A stretch of 64,000 nt of DNA, taken from NCBI GenBank assembly GCA_027371715.1, contig DAHXMM010000003.1, positions 30,758 to 94,757 of the forward strand, written 5' to 3'. This DNA comes from Elusimicrobiota bacterium (GTDB lineage: Bacteria > Elusimicrobiota > Elusimicrobia > UBA1565 > UBA9628). Position numbers and translations under genes: made by a program. Of the stretch, positions 58,965-64,000 are shown piece by piece; the stretch's first letter is position 1, and every line of letters starts with the position of its first letter. The notes under the pieces are model-generated. The model did no database searches, was not told where the DNA came from, and saw nothing but the letters and a program-made list of their open reading frames with translations.

Positions 58965-61097
58965 ATGAATCTTTTTAGAAAATTTGCATTAATCTTGGCG
59001 GCCGTGAGTTTAATCCCAGCCGGATTTTTAGGATACCGCCTGATTGGAATCAATCACCGCGGGATTCAGGCGGCGGTTTTAGAGCTCCATACGAAACTGG
59101 CCGAAAGCCTGGCGGAAGAAATAAACCAATACCTGAAATCTAACGAGAGAGAAATTAGTTTCGGACTGGTTTCTCTCAAAGGCCAAACCTCCTGGCCGAA
59201 AAAAGAAAAATTTCTGGAAAACTTGATGGATCAAGACTCCGATTTAATTGAAATCGATTTGGTGGGCCGCAAAGGAAAGGAATTTTTAAAGGTGTATAAC
59301 CCGAATTTAACCTCAAAACCGCGTTTAATCAATCATCAACAAGAAAAAGGGCTTCGGGCCGCATTTTCATCCGGTCAAAATCAAATCTCTTTTTCAAAGG
59401 CCTCCCAATCTCCAGTCGCCATCCTCTATATTCCGTTGGCTCAGACCGTAGTCGCTCGCGTAGAAATCAGTCTGCAAAAATTAGCCCGAAAAATTAAGGA
59501 CGAGCGCGTGGGAGGAACCGGGTTTGCGGTGTTAGCGGGAATTGAAGGAGAGCCCCTCCTCTACCCGCAAAAACTATCCAGCGCGGATTTAAAACATTTC
59601 TCTTCTTGGCCCATTGTTCGCTCCGCCGTTAAGGCCTTGAGCGTGGGAGCGGGAGAGTTCAAATCAAACGGAATCGCTTATGTCGGAGCGTATGCCCCGG
59701 TCTCTTCACTAGGAGGCGCGGTTCTCATTCTCCAAAAACGTTTGGAAGCCTATAGCTCGGAAGCGCGTATGCGAAAGACAGCGGTCACGTTGATTTCGCT
59801 GGTCGCTTTTTTGTCTGTTTTAGTCGCGATGCTTTTAGCGCGGAGACTGACGAGACCTCTTTTGTCTCTAACTCAAGCCGCCCATTCCGTTTCCGGGGGA
59901 GATTTTTCCGTTCGCGTCCATTTAGAAACGCAAGACGAACTGAGGGAACTCGCTGAAACCTTCAACCGCATGGCGGAAAAGCTTAAAGCCTATGCCGATA
60001 TTCAGGTAGACCGTCTCATTGCCGAGCAAAGAAAAACAGAAGCGATTCTCTATTCGATTGACGAGGGAATCATCCTCTTAGACCAAGAAAAGCGTCTTGA
60101 CCTCATGAATCGCAGGGCCGTTGAATTTCTTAATTTGCCGCGGAAAGGCGAAATTTTGGGCCGGCCCCTGGTTGAGATATTAGACGAAGGCTCCCTAAAA
60201 AAAGCCCTGCTTGAGATTAAAAGCCCCGCGGAAGACAGGACGGAAATCAAGGAAGTGGAATTAACCCAGGATATCAACAAAATTATTCTTCAGATTATAT
60301 CGAGAAAGGTTCTAAGGCCCGGGGAACAAGAGCCTGGACTCCTTTTGGCTCTTAGAGATATTACGCTCCAGCGGGAACTGGACAAAATGAAGGAAGACTT
60401 TCTTCATTACGTGACTCACGATTTAAGAAATCCTTTAGGTTCCATTATGGGATTTTTGGAGATTTTGCTGAGCGGAATTCCGGGAAACTTAACGGAAGAC
60501 CAACGGTCCATCTTAAGCTCCATTCAACGCTCTTCCCGACGATTGATGGGGATGATTAACAATATCCTCGATATCGCCAAGATGGAATCGGGAAAGCTAG
60601 CGCTCAATTTGAAAAAGGTTTCGCTCCAGGAAATCGCTTTCCGCGCGGCCGACACGCTGGATTCTCTTTCCAAGGCCAAAAAAATCTCCGTCAAGGTGGA
60701 CACTCAGGGGGACTGCGAGGCGATGGCCGATGGAGATCTGATTGAGCGCGTCTTTATCAATCTTCTTGGAAACGCGATTAAATATACCCCCCAAAATGGA
60801 AGTATTACGTTGTCGGTTGAGGATAAAGGAGATCATTTCAAGGCTGGAGTGACTGATACCGGAGAGGGAATTCCGAAAGAATATCTGGAAAGGGTGTTTT
60901 TAAAATTTGAGCAAGTAGAAGGAAAGGCACGAGGCGGAACCGGGCTGGGACTGACCATTTCACGCTTTTTTGTCGAATCTCATTTTGGAAAAATCTGGGT
61001 CGAATCGGAATTAGGAAAAGGTTCTTCTTTTTACTTTACGATTCCGAAAAACTTGACTTTGAATGCCGCGGGAAATCTCTTCATCCAAACGACATGA
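58965..61097 (+). CDS. sensor histidine kinase (periplasmic sensor-HAMP-PAS-HisKA-HATPase)
   Basis: Start chosen at MNLFRKFALILAAVSLI. It has a HAMP domain (RPLLSLTQAAHSVSGGDFSVRV), the H-box HYVTHDLRNPL, and the G-boxes DTGEGIP and GTGLGLTISR. Confidence 0.85.
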   Translation: MNLFRKFALILAAVSLIPAGFLGYRLIGINHRGIQAAVLELHTKLAESLAEEINQYLKSNEREISFGLVSLKGQTSWPKKEKFLENLMDQDSDLIEIDLVGRKGKEFLKVYNPNLTSKPRLINHQQEKGLRAAFSSGQNQISFSKASQSPVAILYIPLAQTVVARVEISLQKLARKIKDERVGGTGFAVLAGIEGEPLLYPQKLSSADLKHFSSWPIVRSAVKALSVGAGEFKSNGIAYVGAYAPVSSLGGAVLILQKRLEAYSSEARMRKTAVTLISLVAFLSVLVAMLLARRLTRPLLSLTQAAHSVSGGDFSVRVHLETQDELRELAETFNRMAEKLKAYADIQVDRLIAEQRKTEAILYSIDEGIILLDQEKRLDLMNRRAVEFLNLPRKGEILGRPLVEILDEGSLKKALLEIKSPAEDRTEIKEVELTQDINKIILQIISRKVLRPGEQEPGLLLALRDITLQRELDKMKEDFLHYVTHDLRNPLGSIMGFLEILLSGIPGNLTEDQRSILSSIQRSSRRLMGMINNILDIAKMESGKLALNLKKVSLQEIAFRAADTLDSLSKAKKISVKVDTQGDCEAMADGDLIERVFINLLGNAIKYTPQNGSITLSVEDKGDHFKAGVTDTGEGIPKEYLERVFLKFEQVEGKARGGTGLGLTISRFFVESHFGKIWVESELGKGSSFYFTIPKNLTLNAAGNLFIQTT

Positions 61098-62284
61098 ATC
61101 TATTTTCTCTCATCACGCTGCTTATTCTTGCCTCATTCGCGGAGACCGTTTCATCCATTCAATTCGAAAAAGTCAAGGTCAAACCCGGAGACACGTTGTG
61201 GGGAATCGCCCAAACCTATCTTAAAAATCCAGAGGATTGGAATCAAATCCTCCGCTACAACCATCTTCCCTCCAACGATCCCACGGTCGCTCTTCCGGGA
61301 ATGACCCTGGAAGTTCCCAAAAAGATAATGAAGGAAATTGTTCCGGCAGGGAACCTTGTTTCGGCGGTCAACCAAGTTTTACTTCGACGCCAAGAAACTA
61401 CGCAATGGAAAAAAGCCAGTAGAGGAGAACGCCTCTATTCCAAAGATACCTTACGAACTCTGGATGAGTCAAAAGCGAAAGTGCGATTCATTGATTCGCA
61501 GATACTTGACTTGGAGCCGGATTCAATGGCCGTCATCTTGATTCCTCCCGACAGAAAGTCCGAAGATTCGGTTTCACTTAAAAAAGGAAGCGTCTTTATC
61601 GGCCATGCAAAAGTCATGACCCCAAGCGCAACCATTACTCCCAAGGTTCCCCATACGGTTTATTCCGCTAAAATTCGGGAAGACGCAAGCACCTTGGTTC
61701 GAGTTTACTCCGGAATCGCGACGGTGAGCGCCGAAGGCCAAAACGTGGACGTTCCTGCCGGCATGGAGACGACCGTCCCCCCGGGGCTTTCCGCCGGAGT
61801 TCCTCAAAAAATTCCTCATTGGAAGGAATTTAAGTCTCAAACTGAAATGGCGATGAATGTATCCAAAACCCGCGCACGGAAAACGGCGGGGGAAGGCGCA
61901 TTGAGTGAGACGATTTCAGGGAACGGACTTCAAGGAAATCCCCCGGCTTCATCGGCAGAGACAGGCGCTCTTTCCGCAAAAAGAGGTTCGGGGGCGAGCG
62001 CGGGAAATCTATCGGCGGCCAGATCGGCTCCTTCAGCCAGTCTCCAAAAAGAAATTTCGGATTTGTCCATTGGAAACCCGATTTCCGGCTACCGGCTTCA
62101 GGTGTCTATCGGGCGGGATTTTTCATCCCCTATTTTAGATAAGGTTTTTGATTCCGATGAAAAGGTGGATATTGAAGATTTAGGCCTTAAACCCGGAAGT
62201 TATTGGTTCCGCTTGGCGACTGTCGACCTCCTGGGCGAGCAGAGCCCTTTTACCAGCCCCCGAAATTACGTGGTTTCTCAATAA
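61094..62284 (+). CDS. secreted LysM-domain protein with FecR-like region
   Basis: A signal peptide followed by LysM (VKVKPGDTLWGIAQTYLKNPEDWNQILRYNHL). ATGA overlap with the kinase gene. Confidence 0.6.
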   Translation: MNLFSLITLLILASFAETVSSIQFEKVKVKPGDTLWGIAQTYLKNPEDWNQILRYNHLPSNDPTVALPGMTLEVPKKIMKEIVPAGNLVSAVNQVLLRRQETTQWKKASRGERLYSKDTLRTLDESKAKVRFIDSQILDLEPDSMAVILIPPDRKSEDSVSLKKGSVFIGHAKVMTPSATITPKVPHTVYSAKIREDASTLVRVYSGIATVSAEGQNVDVPAGMETTVPPGLSAGVPQKIPHWKEFKSQTEMAMNVSKTRARKTAGEGALSETISGNGLQGNPPASSAETGALSAKRGSGASAGNLSAARSAPSASLQKEISDLSIGNPISGYRLQVSIGRDFSSPILDKVFDSDEKVDIEDLGLKPGSYWFRLATVDLLGEQSPFTSPRNYVVSQ

Positions 62285-62356
62285 ATTAGTCCCTTTCATG
62301 AATAACATTAAGGTTGGGACAATGCCGCCCGTATTATTATTGGGAAAAGGCATAGG
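62284..62356 (-). other. conserved junction element, copy C (frame not preserved)
   Basis: It has the same ATGCCT...GGGCGGCATTGTCCC...GGGACTAAT architecture but is 1 nt shorter between the core and GGGACTAA. It lies in a convergent intergenic region with no downstream gene. Confidence 0.5.
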
Positions 62357-62435
62357 GACTGGCCGGATCATAACGTCATTCTTAAAGATGCTCCGGCACG
62401 CTCTCGCTTCGCGAGCGAAGGCAGTCCCTATTTCC

Positions 62436-63146
62436 CTAAGGTTGAATGACGGCGGTTTTGATGTAGTCCAAGTGCGGGAAATCCGCTTTAAGATAGGCAT
62501 TTCCCTGTTGCTGGACTTGGTTTTGATCCGGCCCGGGACCCGAGGGAGGGCCGTCGCCGTAACCGTTGAAAAGAGAAGTCACGACATCCATCCCCTGGGA
62601 AACTTTCCCAAAGGGGGTAAAGCCCATTGAGTCAAGAAAGGTATTGTTGGCGTAATTGATGAAAACTTGAGTCGTGCGGGTATTAGGGCCGGCCGTCGCG
62701 AAAGAAATAGTTCCGCGCAGGTTGGAATGGTTGGTCGCTAAATCATCGGGGATTTTCGCGTTAAACCATTGGGCGTTGACCTTGGGATTTCCGTTAATTC
62801 CAAATTGAACCATAAACCCTTTGACGACGCGAAAAAAAGCGTCCCCATTGTAAAACCCGATTTTGACGAGGTTATAAAACCGGTCGGCGCCGCTGGGCGC
62901 CCAGTCACGGTGAATTTCAAGAGTAAAGTCTCCCTTCGTGGTCGTAAATAAGACGTGATAGGTTTCCGGGGCTTTTAGATTATCCATATCGGGATTTAAA
63001 AGAGGATCGGTTGAAGCCGCTGCGGCGGCAGGCGTTTGAGATGCCGACGCCGGTTTGGGCGCGGCGTTTTTTGCCTGCTCATGACAAGCGGCCAGAAAGA
63101 CAACAGACGTACCTAACATAACTATAGGAAGAATATATTTTCTCAT
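62436..63146 (-). CDS. ppiA: cyclophilin-type peptidyl-prolyl cis-trans isomerase (lipoprotein)
   Basis: Lipobox VVFLAAC, and the cyclophilin core FFRVVKGFMVQFG, ...GTISFATAGPNTRTTQVFIN. Confidence 0.85.
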   Translation of the reverse strand: MRKYILPIVMLGTSVVFLAACHEQAKNAAPKPASASQTPAAAAASTDPLLNPDMDNLKAPETYHVLFTTTKGDFTLEIHRDWAPSGADRFYNLVKIGFYNGDAFFRVVKGFMVQFGINGNPKVNAQWFNAKIPDDLATNHSNLRGTISFATAGPNTRTTQVFINYANNTFLDSMGFTPFGKVSQGMDVVTSLFNGYGDGPPSGPGPDQNQVQQQGNAYLKADFPHLDYIKTAVIQP

Positions 63147-63230
63147 GAAGAAAGTCTAGCAAAAGAGATTTATAAATTTCAATTTTAGTACAACGGGCCA
63201 AGTCCTTGCCGCCCGGGTTTTTTAGTTCTG

Positions 63231-63290
63231 GAGAGGTGGGTGAGCGGCTGAAACCGACGGTTTGCTAATGCGTTTTAGGCCTCTCTGAAA
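63231..63290 (+). pseudogene. tRNA-Ser-like 5' fragment (not a complete tRNA)
   Basis: GGAGAGGTGGGTGAGCGGCTGAAACC matches a tRNA-Ser acceptor/D-arm, and TTGCTAA matches a GCU anticodon loop. The anticodon stem pairs only 3 bp, and no T-arm or 3' acceptor strand follows. Confidence 0.25.
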
Positions 63291-63692
63291 AATCCGTCCG
63301 GTCCCGTTTCTCATCGAGAGTTGTTGGCGGGCGTTAAGTCTCATCGTGCCTCTTGGACCAAAAAACACTACGTAAACACTACGCTGGAAAGGACCGATCG
63401 CGCGCCGAAATTCCGACATAAATCCCGACAAAGTGTCGGGATTCAATTATCCAAGGAGAAGTTCCAAGTGAACTCCTGGGAGCCGTCCTCCCAAAAAAAA
63501 GCAGCCCAACGTCAGCCTAGTAATCCTTTATAGGACCACGGCCGAGGCAAAAGCCTCGGAATTCGACTTGGTCGGGCTACTGGGATATTATAGCTCTTCT
63601 CTCGATTTCCGTCATGGCTGTGTAAATTTTACCTCGGTGGAATAATAGTTCCAATATTTTATATTATGGTATAAAATATTGGATATCCCAAA

Positions 63693-64000
63693 ATGCTGAC
63701 CCGCTATCTGGAAAAATCGATCTCGGAAGACCTCCCGGAAAAAATGGTCTTCTTGGGAGGTCCCAGACAAGTCGGCAAGACGACCTTGGCCAAGGCCTTG
63801 GGTCAAGACCGCTTCGGCAAAAGCTTCCGCTATCTGAATTGGGACGATTGGGATGATAGAAAGCGCATCCTTTCCGGAACCTTCGCCTCCGACGAGGCTC
63901 TTCTCATCTTCGATGAAATCCACAAATACCGCCATTGGAAAACTTTCATTAAGGGCTTCTTTGATAAGAACCGGGATCGCTACCGCGTGATCGTCACCGG
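63693..64000 (+). CDS. AAA+ ATPase (AAA_14/DUF4143-type, COG1373-like), partial
   Basis: This frame is open to the window end and so is not in the ORF track. MLTRYLEKSISEDLPEKMVFLGGPRQVGKTTLAK carries Walker A, and LLIFDEIHKY carries Walker B. The listed minus-strand ORF 63612..63935 is its antisense shadow. Confidence 0.7.
   Translation, partial: MLTRYLEKSISEDLPEKMVFLGGPRQVGKTTLAKALGQDRFGKSFRYLNWDDWDDRKRILSGTFASDEALLIFDEIHKYRHWKTFIKGFFDKNRDRYRVIVT

Noticed and set aside
62180-62500. 106-aa minus-strand ORF spanning the PPIase-LysM intergenic region
   Set aside because: It is an artefact of an open frame running through junction-element copy C and into the 3' end of the convergent LysM gene. 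It has no RBS and no coherent protein features. Only the element itself is reported.
63193-63226. Stem plus T6 run that looks like a plus-strand intrinsic terminator
   Set aside because: There is no plus-strand gene upstream to terminate, and the stem needs a bulge and a very small loop. It is mentioned only as part of the structured non-coding region.
63612-63935. 107-aa minus-strand ORF
   Set aside because: It is the antisense shadow of a plus-strand AAA+ ATPase gene (Walker A GPRQVGKTT, Walker B LLIFDEIH). That gene runs off the window and so is absent from the ORF track.

Overview
This is a bacterial chromosomal window, about 90% coding and roughly half G+C by eye. I cannot assign the lineage from sequence alone. 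Most of it is core housekeeping. It includes two S41 tail-specific proteases, an N-domain-less ClpB, and gmd-manC-flippase. It also carries a thiolase, tmRNA (ssrA), two tandem GGDEF cyclases, sppA and xseAB. A long minus-strand purine/guanine block follows: guaB-like, guaA, purC, purS, purL, purQ, purF and purD. The remaining core genes are secG, tRNA-Leu(GAG), rimP-nusA-infB-rbfA-truB-riboflavin kinase, ftsX-like/envC-like/ctpA, tsaD, a sensor kinase and a cyclophilin. Three things stand out. (1) An A+T-richer accessory, defence-like island lies at about 33.7-38.9 kb and may extend to 42.2 kb. It holds an orphan HEPN-motif gene, a methyltransferase remnant, Mrr and a frameshifted AbiJ-N-terminal-like gene. 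It also holds an intact four-gene cassette with its own promoter (XRE HTH, ImmA/IrrE Zn-peptidase, PIN-like protein, unknown protein), followed by a UvrD-type helicase with a RecB-type nuclease domain. This cassette is my best candidate for an undescribed system. (2) A conserved ~70-nt element occurs three times, always on the minus strand (about 28.7, 43.6 and 62.3 kb). In two copies it encodes a 22-codon mini-ORF whose start overlaps the upstream gene's stop and whose stop overlaps the downstream gene's start. The element can also fold into mutually exclusive hairpins. (3) A 148-bp MITE-like insertion with 12-bp terminal inverted repeats and a 9-bp target duplication sits at 58.75-58.90 kb. 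All functional calls come from motif recognition by eye. No database search was run.
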